From the NCBI GenBank assembly GCA_964651815.1, contig CAZYWG010000002.1, forward strand, positions 28,522 through 92,521: 64,000 nt of DNA. Reading direction: 5' to 3'. How positions within the stretch are numbered: position 1 is the stretch's first letter; each line of letters starts with the position of its first letter. Under the pieces are notes generated by a model. It saw only the letters and a program-made list of their open reading frames with translations, did no database searches and was not told where the DNA came from. The position numbers were made by a program, and so were the translations under genes. The stretch is from an uncultured Gammaproteobacteria bacterium (lineage in GTDB: Bacteria; Patescibacteriota; Microgenomatia; Levybacterales; GWA1-39-11). Positions 37,847-46,665 of this stretch are shown piece by piece.

Positions 37847-38697
37847 TTTCCTTTATGTGCGGCCAGCGTTGCAAGTTTTATTTTGTGGCGGTGGTCATCG
37901 TCTTCTTCTTTTTCTTTTTTCACATTTTCTTTTGAATCAATATGCTTTGCAGGTTTTTCATCTTTCTCTTCAATTGGCTTTGTTTTTTCTGCGTCTTCTT
38001 TTTCACTTTTTTCAGTAACTTTTGGTTCAACTTTTTTGGCTTTTTTGTCATCAACTAATTTACCTTTTGAGATAACTAATATTCTGTCGCTTGATTGCTC
38101 AATTATTTTGTCGTTGTGTGTTGCCATAAAAACCGTTGTTCCGTTTTTATTTATACTTTTCAACAAATCAAGAATTTGAAATGAAGTTTTGTTATCAAGA
38201 TTTCCGGTAGGCTCGTCAGCAAGTATTATTTCAGGGTCAAAAACAAGAGCCCTGGCAATTGCAACTCTTTGACGCTCTCCGCCTGAAAGCTGGAGAGGGA
38301 ATTTATCAAATTTTCCTTCAAGTCCAACGCTTATCAAAATTTCCTCAGCCCTACTCTTGGCTTCTCCACCTGCACCGGAAAGCTCCAGAGGCAACATAAC
38401 GTTTTCAATTACAGTTCTGTCAACCAAAAGCTTTAAATCCTGAAAAACTACGCCTACCTTTCGCCGGAGTGTTGAAATCTTTGACTTAGGCAAATTTACC
38501 AAATCCCATTCTCCTATATTAATTTGCCCTTCGCTTGGAAGAAGATCGCGGATTATTAAGCGGAATATTGTAGTTTTCCCAGACCCGGTTGGCCCAACCA
38601 AATAAACAAAACTGCCCCTTTCAATATCGAAATTAATCTTATCAAGGACAGGTTCTGCGTTTCCGTACTGTTTTGTAACATTGGCAAATACTATCAT
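37843..38697 (-). CDS. ftsE: cell-division ABC ATPase FtsE with a roughly 70-aa Lys/Glu-rich C-terminal extension
   Basis: Walker A GPTGSGKTT, signature LSGGERQRVAIARAL, Walker B ILADEPTGNLD. The tail is KKAKKVEPKVTEKSEKEDAEKTKPIEEKDEK... Confidence 0.85.
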   Translation of the reverse strand: MIVFANVTKQYGNAEPVLDKINFDIERGSFVYLVGPTGSGKTTIFRLIIRDLLPSEGQINIGEWDLVNLPKSKISTLRRKVGVVFQDLKLLVDRTVIENVMLPLELSGAGGEAKSRAEEILISVGLEGKFDKFPLQLSGGERQRVAIARALVFDPEIILADEPTGNLDNKTSFQILDLLKSINKNGTTVFMATHNDKIIEQSSDRILVISKGKLVDDKKAKKVEPKVTEKSEKEDAEKTKPIEEKDEKPAKHIDSKENVKKEKEEDDDHRHKIKLATLAAHKGK

Positions 38698-38767
38698 GAG
38701 ATTAAATAGCTATAACCGTAAATAAACCATGTAGCCATCAGCTATTTTAACTATTTTTTTTACTTGG

Positions 38768-39283
38768 CTATTCTATTTGAAGCCTGCCGACGTCCATAAG
38801 CCAACCGGCTTTTTGTGCCGAATTGGTCTCACCCCAGACTTTTACTTTTTTTCCTACGAAAGTTGATAAATCAATAACTGAAGATGTCAAATAAACGGTT
38901 TGTGAATCGCCGCCGGGACGGTCAAGATGATACGCACCTTCACCATCTATTCCACCTGCTTTTAGGTCCCCCTCCGCGCTGTCTTTAAATGAAGCATCTT
39001 TGGAACCAAATATCTGCCCTTTTGCAGCTGTCGTTGTGGATACTTTTCCATTTGGGCCGGCCACTTGGACAGTTGATGCGCCCCCAACTTGCGCCAAAAC
39101 ATAACCCGTTGCAATTCCAAGAAGGGCAAGGACCGCAAATAAAACAATTGGCGGTTTGGTTTTTCCCATAATTTCACTAAAATCCGATGGTTTTTTATCC
39201 CCTTTACTTTTTACAGTGGGAGATTCATCAAAAGAATGGATTATTTTATCCCGATTAGATCGGGATTGATCCTTATCTTTCAT
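38768..39283 (-). CDS. hypothetical membrane-anchored protein
   Basis: Basic N-terminus, one TM helix (IVLFAVLALLGIATGYVL) and a Gly/Ser-rich ectodomain. Confidence 0.4.
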   Translation of the reverse strand: MKDKDQSRSNRDKIIHSFDESPTVKSKGDKKPSDFSEIMGKTKPPIVLFAVLALLGIATGYVLAQVGGASTVQVAGPNGKVSTTTAAKGQIFGSKDASFKDSAEGDLKAGGIDGEGAYHLDRPGGDSQTVYLTSSVIDLSTFVGKKVKVWGETNSAQKAGWLMDVGRLQIE

Positions 39284-39458
39284 GATCTAAGTAAACCATA
39301 TTTGACAAACTTTTACAAGTTTAAAATTCCAAAAATCAAGCACCAAATTACAAATTAGTTTTAAATTTTGTTATTTAAATTTGAGAATTTATTTGGTATT
39401 TGCCCCTCGGTCCTGAGAACCTCGGGGTCGAAGGAGAATTTGGATCTTGGTGCTTAAA

Positions 39459-39923
39459 CTACATTATCTGATCCACCACTATTTTTGTATCTCCGTGGGT
39501 CGGAAGGTTGGCAATTTCTGCTTTTGTGAACCAACCAATGTCATGGGTTTCATCTTTGTTAAAAACAAATTTTTGCTCATCTACTTCCACTACATAATTT
39601 ATATCTATATGAAAATGCTTGGGTTGGTCTTTATGAGAAGGAATCATTTGCTCCATGACAAATTTTGGGACGGGTAAAAAACTTGCGTCTTCATCAATAT
39701 AATTTATTTCTTTCAATAAAAAATTTATATTGAGACCCGTTTCTTCCTGGACTTCCCTGACTGCTGCCTCAACCGGATTTTCAAACCTCTCGATGTGACC
39801 GCCGGGTTGTTGCCATTTGCCAAGTTTTTTGTGGTGGATAAGTAGCATTTTCTTGGGAGTACTCGAACTTAAAATCCAAACAGACGCGGTATATTGTTTC
39901 TCTCCCTCAATGACCTTATTCAT
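39459..39923 (-). CDS. NUDIX hydrolase
   Basis: Nudix box GHIERFENPVEAAVREVQEETGL. Confidence 0.8.
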   Translation of the reverse strand: MNKVIEGEKQYTASVWILSSSTPKKMLLIHHKKLGKWQQPGGHIERFENPVEAAVREVQEETGLNINFLLKEINYIDEDASFLPVPKFVMEQMIPSHKDQPKHFHIDINYVVEVDEQKFVFNKDETHDIGWFTKAEIANLPTHGDTKIVVDQIM

Positions 39924-39942
39924 AATAGCTAGTGTCTAGTTG

Positions 39943-40320
39943 CTAGCGTTTAGCGTTCAGTTGTTTAAACTTCGACGTCATAGAATTTAACATTTTTGAA
40001 ACCTCAAGCAATAAATTTTCTGCCTCGGCGAAGTCTTCCAGTTTGGCAAACTTTAAATCTTTCGAAATTATAAGTTGGGTTTCAATCTCTAGTGCTGATC
40101 CATATGCAATAGAAAAGAATTGACTGTATTCCTTTGGCGATTTACGACCATATCCTTCAGCAATTGTAGAAGGGATTCTTATTACGGCTCTTCGCAACTG
40201 AGCAGTCATTATATAAAGTTCTGATCCTGGGAATTTATTTGTGAGAACATATATTTCCTTCACTAACCGAACCGATTTTTGCCAAACTATCAATTCCTTG
40301 TAAGATTTTATATAAGTCAT
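39943..40320 (-). CDS. four-helix-bundle protein (TIGR02436; 23S rRNA intervening-sequence protein family)
   Basis: YKELIVWQKSVRLVKEIYVLTNKFPGSELYIMTAQLRRAVIRIPSTIAEGYGR...ALEIETQL family signature. Confidence 0.8.
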   Translation of the reverse strand: MTYIKSYKELIVWQKSVRLVKEIYVLTNKFPGSELYIMTAQLRRAVIRIPSTIAEGYGRKSPKEYSQFFSIAYGSALEIETQLIISKDLKFAKLEDFAEAENLLLEVSKMLNSMTSKFKQLNAKR

Positions 40321-40345
40321 TTTTCTAGACGCTAGACCCTAATAA

Positions 40346-41347
40346 CTAGACGCTTTTTAGCTCCGCGTCAATAAACATATCAATATCTCCATCCAAGACT
40401 GCTTCAGTATTACTTGTCTCCGCTTTTGTCCGCAAGTCTTTTACCATTTGATAAGGGTGCAAAACATATGAACGGATTTGATTTCCCCAGGAAGCAGGTT
40501 TATATTTTCCTTTTAAAACCGATTCCGCATCTTTTCTCTCTTCTTCCTGCTTCACCCAAAGTTTTGCTTTTAACAATTTCAATGCATACTCACGATTTTG
40601 TGCTTGGAATCTTTCCGTTTGACAGGTTACTATAATTCCCGTCGGTTTATGTTTCAGCCTGACTGCGCTAGATACTTTCTGGACATTTTGTCCGCCGTGA
40701 GAAGACGCACGGTAAAAATCCCACTCAAGATCATCTTCTTTTATTTCTAAATCGACGCTCTCAACTTCCGGCAATACTTCAACAAGCGCGAATGACGTTT
40801 GTCTGAGTTGATTTGCATTGAAAGGAGACAAACGAACCAACCTATGTGTACCCTGCTCACCTCTTAAATATCCGTATGCAAAATTTCCTTCAACAGAAAG
40901 CGTTGCAGATTTAATCCCCGCCTCTTCTCCTGCCGTTTCATCAACTACTTCATAATTCCAGCCTTTTCTTTCAAAATACCTGATATACATCCGCTCAAGC
41001 ATCACGGCCCAATCCATTGCGTCAGCCCCTCCTTGGCCCGCGTGAATTGTCATAATTGCATTATTTTTGTCGTAAGGACCTGAGAGATACAAATAAACTT
41101 CCATGTCAGAAAGAAGTGTTTGCAGACCGGTTGTACTGTCTGACTCAATATATTCTTGAAGTTTTTTGGCGTCTTCCGTTTCTTTTTGGAGGGCGGCCAT
41201 TTCCTTCATTTTCTTTGTTGCCGCTTGGCTGTCTTTCCAGAAATCCGGATCCATGGAAAGTGCCTCTATTTCCCTAATTCGGGTTTCTTTTTCATTTATA
41301 TCTATTTTTGATAGTAAAACTTTTGCGCGTTCAATTAAATCATCCAT
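40346..41347 (-). CDS. prfB: peptide chain release factor 2 (no programmed frameshift)
   Basis: SPF tripeptide (RLSPFNANQ) and GGQ motif (SSHGGQNVQKV). One continuous 333-aa ORF. Confidence 0.85.
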   Translation of the reverse strand: MDDLIERAKVLLSKIDINEKETRIREIEALSMDPDFWKDSQAATKKMKEMAALQKETEDAKKLQEYIESDSTTGLQTLLSDMEVYLYLSGPYDKNNAIMTIHAGQGGADAMDWAVMLERMYIRYFERKGWNYEVVDETAGEEAGIKSATLSVEGNFAYGYLRGEQGTHRLVRLSPFNANQLRQTSFALVEVLPEVESVDLEIKEDDLEWDFYRASSHGGQNVQKVSSAVRLKHKPTGIIVTCQTERFQAQNREYALKLLKAKLWVKQEEERKDAESVLKGKYKPASWGNQIRSYVLHPYQMVKDLRTKAETSNTEAVLDGDIDMFIDAELKSV

Positions 41348-41449
41348 GCTTGCTTCGATTTTACCAGAAAATGCTTATAGACTACAGCCTAATATCTACA
41401 ATTACATGCCGTAGTCGGTAGTCTGTAGAGCATAAGCACCTTTATAGCC

Positions 41450-43834
41450 TTGACTTCTTTTCACGGAATTGGTTATATTAAGATAGTGCACGTAAAGAAT
41501 TTATCACAAGAGCCGGGTCACACAGAACATAAAAAACATTATCCCTTTTTGGATATTGAGCATAAAATTAGTCTTTTAGTATTTGCGTTACTTGCCATTG
41601 TTGGAATTTCTTTAACTTTTTTTATCAACAATAGTACCAAAAGAATTCTATTCACCACAGAAAGTTCAAATTCTCTCCAAATATCAAGTTTCAATCCCAG
41701 TTACTTTGGGCAGAAACTCTCAGTTCCACACACAGACAATGAAATGATTGTGAGATACCGTCCGACGGTCGATATTCAAGCTGGAAGTCAAGGTTCGTCA
41801 AGTTTTAAACCTAGTGATATAACAGGAGGCATTCCACAGGAAGCAATAGATGCTTTAAAACAGATTGGTGTCACATCAATGGAAAAAGTAATAAAAAACG
41901 CAAGCACAACTTCAACTGCAGCCCAAACTTATATATCAAATATTTATAAACTTACACTTTCTCCGGGTGCCGATCTTACAGCTGCGATGCAGGCAGTTTG
42001 TACTGATTCGAGTATTGAAATGTATTGCGAACCAAATTATAAACTTTCCCTTGCAACGCAACCCTCATCGGCCGGTGTCGGGCAGCTCTCAACTGTAGCG
42101 ACAACAGGGGACCCTAGAGGTGGGAAAATAGCTTTAGTTGATGCGCCTCTTCCGGTAGGCTACAACGCAGCAGCACAGGCTATGGGAATGCCATCAATTT
42201 CCCAAAGTCAGGTTATGAGTGGTGCAGAGGCGCCAAGAACAGATCAGTACTTAGGACATTCACTTGCTATAGCAATTGAATTGTTCTCTGTAGACTCAAT
42301 TACTCCGATTATATACGCCGGTGCTTGTGGTGATCTTTGCTCAAATAGTGATATAGCAAATGCAATTGTTTACTCCTCAGATAACGGCGCAAAAGTAATT
42401 TACCTTGGAATAAGTGGTAATTTTCCCCAAGGCGTTGAACCTTTAAGTATTAATAGCGCTGTTAGTTATGCCAAAAGTAAAGGTGCAGCTGTAGTCATAG
42501 CCAACATTAATAGTTCTCTTACTTCCTACGCTTCTCAGCACAAAAAATTGTCACTCCTTGAGAAATTCTTTTCCCTACTCGCTCCACACAAAGCGTTTGC
42601 AGATCCACCTGCACCTCCAACTTCTACATGTGGAAATTGCAGTGGCACTGCTCCCACAGCCGGCAGCGTAGCTAACAGTCTAAATACATTAGCTAACTCA
42701 TTCAACAGTGGTACGATCACCAATGCAACTCAGGTACAAGCTTATATGGCCATATATAACGCTAATGCAGGTACGCTAAACCAATCAAATGGAGGGCAAC
42801 AAGCCCTAACTATGTTGAATGCATCCGGAGCTAAAGCAATAGAAGCAGAAAAAACATTTCAAGAGACCCAGGGAGGAGGATTATTTGCATTAAATCAAGC
42901 TCTTCAGAATTTTAGTAACGATGCCGAAAAAGCTAACACAGCTCTCCAACAAAATTTGCAAGCAAAAGGTGATAATTCAAATCCATTAAATGATGTTAAG
43001 GGTGGTCTGGGAGGCGCGCTTCAAAGTGCGGTATTCCTCCAGGCAAAAGATATAAATCCAGGAGCTGAGAACGCACAAATTTTGGAAACTATGGCTAAGG
43101 GTTTCTCAGAAGAAACTGGGACTTACGATATTGACGCGATTATGTCACAGGTTGCCTTACTACCTTCGGCTCCTCAAAACCCTGATGATCCAGCTGCGGA
43201 TCATAATATACCACCCCCGGGTAGTAATACTAACGGAACTGGCACGGGTACTGGCATGCATAATGGTGGACTCACTACCGGGTCAACGAATCAAAATAAT
43301 GGACCATATACATTTGGTGGTGGACAAACTGGTGTTTTTTATAACTCCGTCGCAGGACAGGGCTATCCTGTTGGTACATCAGCTATTACTTATAATACTC
43401 CCCCTGCTGGAACTCACTACGGGTCACTTGCAGGGGCGAATTATTCCGGTCTGGGTTCTGCCTACAACGCAGCTCCTGGATCTCAATTTACGGTAGTCGG
43501 TAGTGCTTATGGACCAAATTATGGGCAAACAACTATGCAGATGGCTGCCAATGGTGCCTGGCAACAGGTTGGATTTAGTTATGGTCCTGGACAGAATCCG
43601 GGCCCTGGCTACGGGCAGCCGGCCCAAGGAACAACTATGGCTGGTGGTGGCGTTTACAACGGAGCGGGCGCATGGATATTTGGGGGAGCCGGAGGACCAG
43701 ACGGACCTAATTATGGAGGAGGAAGCGGAGGAGGAAATGGTGGTGGAGCGATAGACACAAGTGGTTTTGGTTCTTCTGCAGCGAATGATAATGGCGGAGG
43801 TGGAGATGCAGGTAATGGAGGCTTAGGGCTCTAA
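41450..43834 (+). CDS. large (794-aa) membrane-anchored secreted protein with a possible degenerate subtilase-like core and a Gly/Asn/Tyr/Gln-rich low-complexity C-terminus
   Basis: TTG start from the track (start uncertain), with a TM helix near residue 40. Residues 290-350 (SDIANAIVYSSDNGAKVIYLGISGNF...AVSYAKSKGAAVVIANIN) resemble the S8 region around Asn155, but the GTSMA Ser motif appears as GTAPTA. The tail is GGGNGG-rich. Confidence 0.45.
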   Translation: MTSFHGIGYIKIVHVKNLSQEPGHTEHKKHYPFLDIEHKISLLVFALLAIVGISLTFFINNSTKRILFTTESSNSLQISSFNPSYFGQKLSVPHTDNEMIVRYRPTVDIQAGSQGSSSFKPSDITGGIPQEAIDALKQIGVTSMEKVIKNASTTSTAAQTYISNIYKLTLSPGADLTAAMQAVCTDSSIEMYCEPNYKLSLATQPSSAGVGQLSTVATTGDPRGGKIALVDAPLPVGYNAAAQAMGMPSISQSQVMSGAEAPRTDQYLGHSLAIAIELFSVDSITPIIYAGACGDLCSNSDIANAIVYSSDNGAKVIYLGISGNFPQGVEPLSINSAVSYAKSKGAAVVIANINSSLTSYASQHKKLSLLEKFFSLLAPHKAFADPPAPPTSTCGNCSGTAPTAGSVANSLNTLANSFNSGTITNATQVQAYMAIYNANAGTLNQSNGGQQALTMLNASGAKAIEAEKTFQETQGGGLFALNQALQNFSNDAEKANTALQQNLQAKGDNSNPLNDVKGGLGGALQSAVFLQAKDINPGAENAQILETMAKGFSEETGTYDIDAIMSQVALLPSAPQNPDDPAADHNIPPPGSNTNGTGTGTGMHNGGLTTGSTNQNNGPYTFGGGQTGVFYNSVAGQGYPVGTSAITYNTPPAGTHYGSLAGANYSGLGSAYNAAPGSQFTVVGSAYGPNYGQTTMQMAANGAWQQVGFSYGPGQNPGPGYGQPAQGTTMAGGGVYNGAGAWIFGGAGGPDGPNYGGGSGGGNGGGAIDTSGFGSSAANDNGGGGDAGNGGLGL

Positions 43835-43841
43835 AAAATCT

Positions 43842-44801
43842 ATGGAACACACATATCAAAAAGGGTCATTTTGGGAAAGATTATTGGCCTATTTAATTGA
43901 TAATGTACTAGTCCTAATCCCAATCTTTTTGGTTAATACAATTTTGACCTACCTTCACCTAAATTTCTTTTATCTTAACCTTCTTCTCCCAATAGACTTT
44001 TTAATTATTGCGCTTTACAACGTTTTTCTTGTAGCAAGGACAGGATCCACAATTGGTAAAAAACTTCTAAAACTTAAGGTGGTTGACACTGAATACCTTG
44101 ATGTATCTCTGAAAAAAGTTTTAATGCGCGAAGTTTTAGGAAAACTTATCTCTAGTGCAAGTTTTGGCTTAGGCTTTGTTTGGGTTTTAAAGGACAAGCA
44201 AAAACAAGCCCTTCATGACAAAGTTGGAAAAACGTATGTTGTAAAACTAAATAAAGAAGGAAGTTTAATTCCTTCTGAAGCGAGTCGCCCAAAACTTTTT
44301 GAAACTGTTCTCTTTTTTGTTTTTTCTATTCCGCTTTTTCTTTTACTCATTTATTTCATTACCTATTCAACCGTTGGTATTCCAACACAAATTACAGGTG
44401 ATATGATGGAACCTACTCTAAAACCAGGCCAATATGTCTTAGTCAGACCGCCAATATTTATAAAACGGTCCGATATTGTAGTTTATAATGCAGTGATTGA
44501 TGGAAAACCGGTGCAGTTTTTGCAAAGAGTAATTGCCCTTCCGAATGAAACTATCGTTTTAAAAAATTCAGAGATTTATATTAATGGCAGAAGGCTTGCA
44601 CAAAGCAGAGTCATACCAAAAGGTGTAAAAACAAAAGCAGGTCTCTTTTTACAAGAGAATAGGGCTATAAAACTTTATTATGGCTTTTTCATCTTAATGG
44701 GAGATAATAGAGAAGCAAGTCTTGACTCGCGAGATATGGGAGCAATTCCAATTTCTGCAATTACAGGAAAAGCATCTAGTTGTGTTTGGAATTGTCGTTA
44801 A
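43842..44801 (+). CDS. RDD-family membrane domain fused to a signal peptidase I (S26) homologue that appears catalytically degenerate
   Basis: N-terminal ERLLAYLIDNVLV... RDD pattern with TM helices. The C-terminus has box B as GDMMEPTL (Ser to Met), box D as LQRVIALPNETI (Lys to Gln) and a conserved box E, GDNREASLDSRDMG. Confidence 0.6.
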   Translation: MEHTYQKGSFWERLLAYLIDNVLVLIPIFLVNTILTYLHLNFFYLNLLLPIDFLIIALYNVFLVARTGSTIGKKLLKLKVVDTEYLDVSLKKVLMREVLGKLISSASFGLGFVWVLKDKQKQALHDKVGKTYVVKLNKEGSLIPSEASRPKLFETVLFFVFSIPLFLLLIYFITYSTVGIPTQITGDMMEPTLKPGQYVLVRPPIFIKRSDIVVYNAVIDGKPVQFLQRVIALPNETIVLKNSEIYINGRRLAQSRVIPKGVKTKAGLFLQENRAIKLYYGFFILMGDNREASLDSRDMGAIPISAITGKASSCVWNCR

Positions 44802-45704
44802 CTAATTACTCTTTAGTTTACCTTTAATCACCGAATAGCTGGTTGCGTAAAAGACTCCAATTGTGATTAGTAATCCCCCTATTATTAGTTGTCCCGATAT
44901 TTTTTCGTGTGCCAGGGGAATCGCGGTTAATGAAGAAAAAACAGGGACAAAATATGTAAAAATAGAAGCAACAAATGAGGAGGTTTTACTTATTCCGTAT
45001 TGGTAAAGAAATACGAGGGCACCTGACGAGATAATACCGACCCCAAAAATACTTCCTATAACCTCTGGTCTTAAATGGTTTAGATTGATACTTGTTGAAG
45101 AAAATTCAAAAGGTGAAATTATACCAACTATTAAAAGTGTGATAAGGAAACTAAAAAAGGTTGTTACAACCGGTCCATTGCGATCGGTTAATTTCTTAGA
45201 AAATGAAAAATAGAAAGACCATGATATAACAGCGCACAATATTATGACATTCCCAAGAGGCGTACCTAGAGATATAGATTGTACCTTGCTAAAAGATTCC
45301 CAAATTAAAAATGCTGTTCCTGAGAGTGCTATAGCAGCTCCAATTATTTTATTTTGTCCAATTTTCTCTTTGAAAAGGAAAAATGAAAAAAGACCAACAA
45401 AAAGAGGCACTAAAGTGTATAGAATTTGAGATGTTATTATGGTTGTGAATCTGAGTCCAATTGCAAATAAAGTTGCATTCAGCATGAAAAAGATAGAATT
45501 AAAAATGATTTTTGGGAAATCCTCTGAATGAAATTTCTTCCTTTGTGAAAGAAAAATAGGAAAGAATACAAGAGTCGCAACGAGAAATCTTAAAGCAGTA
45601 AATGTTATGGGCGGAATCTCGCTTGTACCAATTCTGACAAAAAGAGGGCTGAAAGCCCCTCCCAGAAAATTAGCAAAAATTAGAGCAAAAATTCCTTCTG
45701 TCAT
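44802..45704 (-). CDS. DMT-superfamily (EamA-like) transporter
   Basis: Ten predicted TM helices in two EamA-like halves. Confidence 0.6.
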   Translation of the reverse strand: MTEGIFALIFANFLGGAFSPLFVRIGTSEIPPITFTALRFLVATLVFFPIFLSQRKKFHSEDFPKIIFNSIFFMLNATLFAIGLRFTTIITSQILYTLVPLFVGLFSFFLFKEKIGQNKIIGAAIALSGTAFLIWESFSKVQSISLGTPLGNVIILCAVISWSFYFSFSKKLTDRNGPVVTTFFSFLITLLIVGIISPFEFSSTSINLNHLRPEVIGSIFGVGIISSGALVFLYQYGISKTSSFVASIFTYFVPVFSSLTAIPLAHEKISGQLIIGGLLITIGVFYATSYSVIKGKLKSN

Positions 45705-46114
45705 TATTTATTGTTACAAACCAAATTACAAAATGCGCCTAACGCGCCCTTTTTACCCTGGAGAGTCTGAAGGTCGCCAATTAATTTCTGAATTGCGCTG
45801 TCCGAGGCTCCTACATTGTCTGAAGTAATTTGTGAAAGTGTAGTTTTTGCGTTTTGAATTACACTATCAATATCTTTTTTTGTTGGAAGCGGAGGTACAT
45901 TTTGGGAAGCAACGCTTGCTGTTGAGACACCGAGTACACGAATATTTTTGGCTTGACTTAAAGTGTTGTCCATAAATTTAAAAAAGTATGAACCCACTAT
46001 AAAAAGGAATATTAACACTACAATTCCTATTCCAATTTTTTTGAGATCCCAGGAGGATTCAACAATCTCACCTTCTTGGGCTTCTTCATCTCTGTCAATT
46101 TTAAGTTTCGCCAT
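45704..46114 (-). CDS. hypothetical single-TM protein
   Basis: The ORF, with an N-terminal acidic segment followed by one TM helix. No motif. Confidence 0.35.
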   Translation of the reverse strand: MAKLKIDRDEEAQEGEIVESSWDLKKIGIGIVVLIFLFIVGSYFFKFMDNTLSQAKNIRVLGVSTASVASQNVPPLPTKKDIDSVIQNAKTTLSQITSDNVGASDSAIQKLIGDLQTLQGKKGALGAFCNLVCNNK

Positions 46115-46242
46115 TTACACTGATTATAATATATCCACTTAAATTTATTCTAATATTTCCTGCTGTTTTTTATTTATAATACTAATTTAAACTGGATTGA
46201 TTTTTTGCGTTTTGAGTTGATCTATTATGCTATAATCCAGTC

Positions 46243-46581
46243 ATGGACTTAAAAATTATCGAAGAAAAAGTGCGTAGAATCAATGACAAAACCAGCTTTG
46301 ACTACACGCTCAACACACCAAAAGAAAAAGAAATACTCGCTAAAACTGTCAAACTGAATGAAGAAGTTGGCGAGTTATGTAACGATATATTGTCAATTTT
46401 ACGCCTCCAGAGAAAATCAAAACTTGAGCGCTTTGACAAAAGGAATATATACCAGGAATTTGCAGATGTATTGATAACTCTTATGCAGCTCGCAATTGCT
46501 TCAAATGTTGACCTGGACCGCGCTGTAAAAGATAAAATTGAAACTATTTCAGCGAGAATTGAAAAAGAGAAACGAGGATAA
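46243..46581 (+). CDS. MazG-like all-alpha NTP pyrophosphohydrolase
   Basis: EEVGELCNDIL...EFADVLITLMQLA (E-x-x-E / D metal-binding helices) in a 112-aa protein. Confidence 0.6.
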   Translation: MDLKIIEEKVRRINDKTSFDYTLNTPKEKEILAKTVKLNEEVGELCNDILSILRLQRKSKLERFDKRNIYQEFADVLITLMQLAIASNVDLDRAVKDKIETISARIEKEKRG

Positions 46582-46665
46582 ATTGCTCTTACCTGTTTCT
46601 TACAATACTCTGTATGTTTTTTGACCGATATAGATCATTATTAAGCTTGTAATTTTAATAAATCT

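Noticed and set aside
39390-39440. GC-rich CCCCTCGG...CCTCGGGG element resembling a hairpin or tRNA fragment
   Set aside because: The two arms are direct, not inverted, repeats. No cloverleaf, T-loop (GTTCGAATC-like) or T-tract follows. It was scanned for tRNA/tmRNA/SRP signatures here and in the other long spacers (19287-19525, 47332-47522, 48169-48408) without a match.
40346-41347. Possible +1 programmed frameshift in prfB (as in many bacteria)
   Set aside because: The ORF is continuous from a plausible N-terminus (MDDLIERAKVLLSKIDINEKE...) through the SPF and GGQ motifs. No CUU-UGA-C type shift site was seen near the 5' end. I conclude it is a non-frameshifted RF2.
43131-43754. + and - strand 67-121-aa ORFs in alternative frames
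   Set aside because: They lie within the Gly/Asn-rich low-complexity 3' part of the 794-aa gene. Their composition is artefactual and they carry no start signals.
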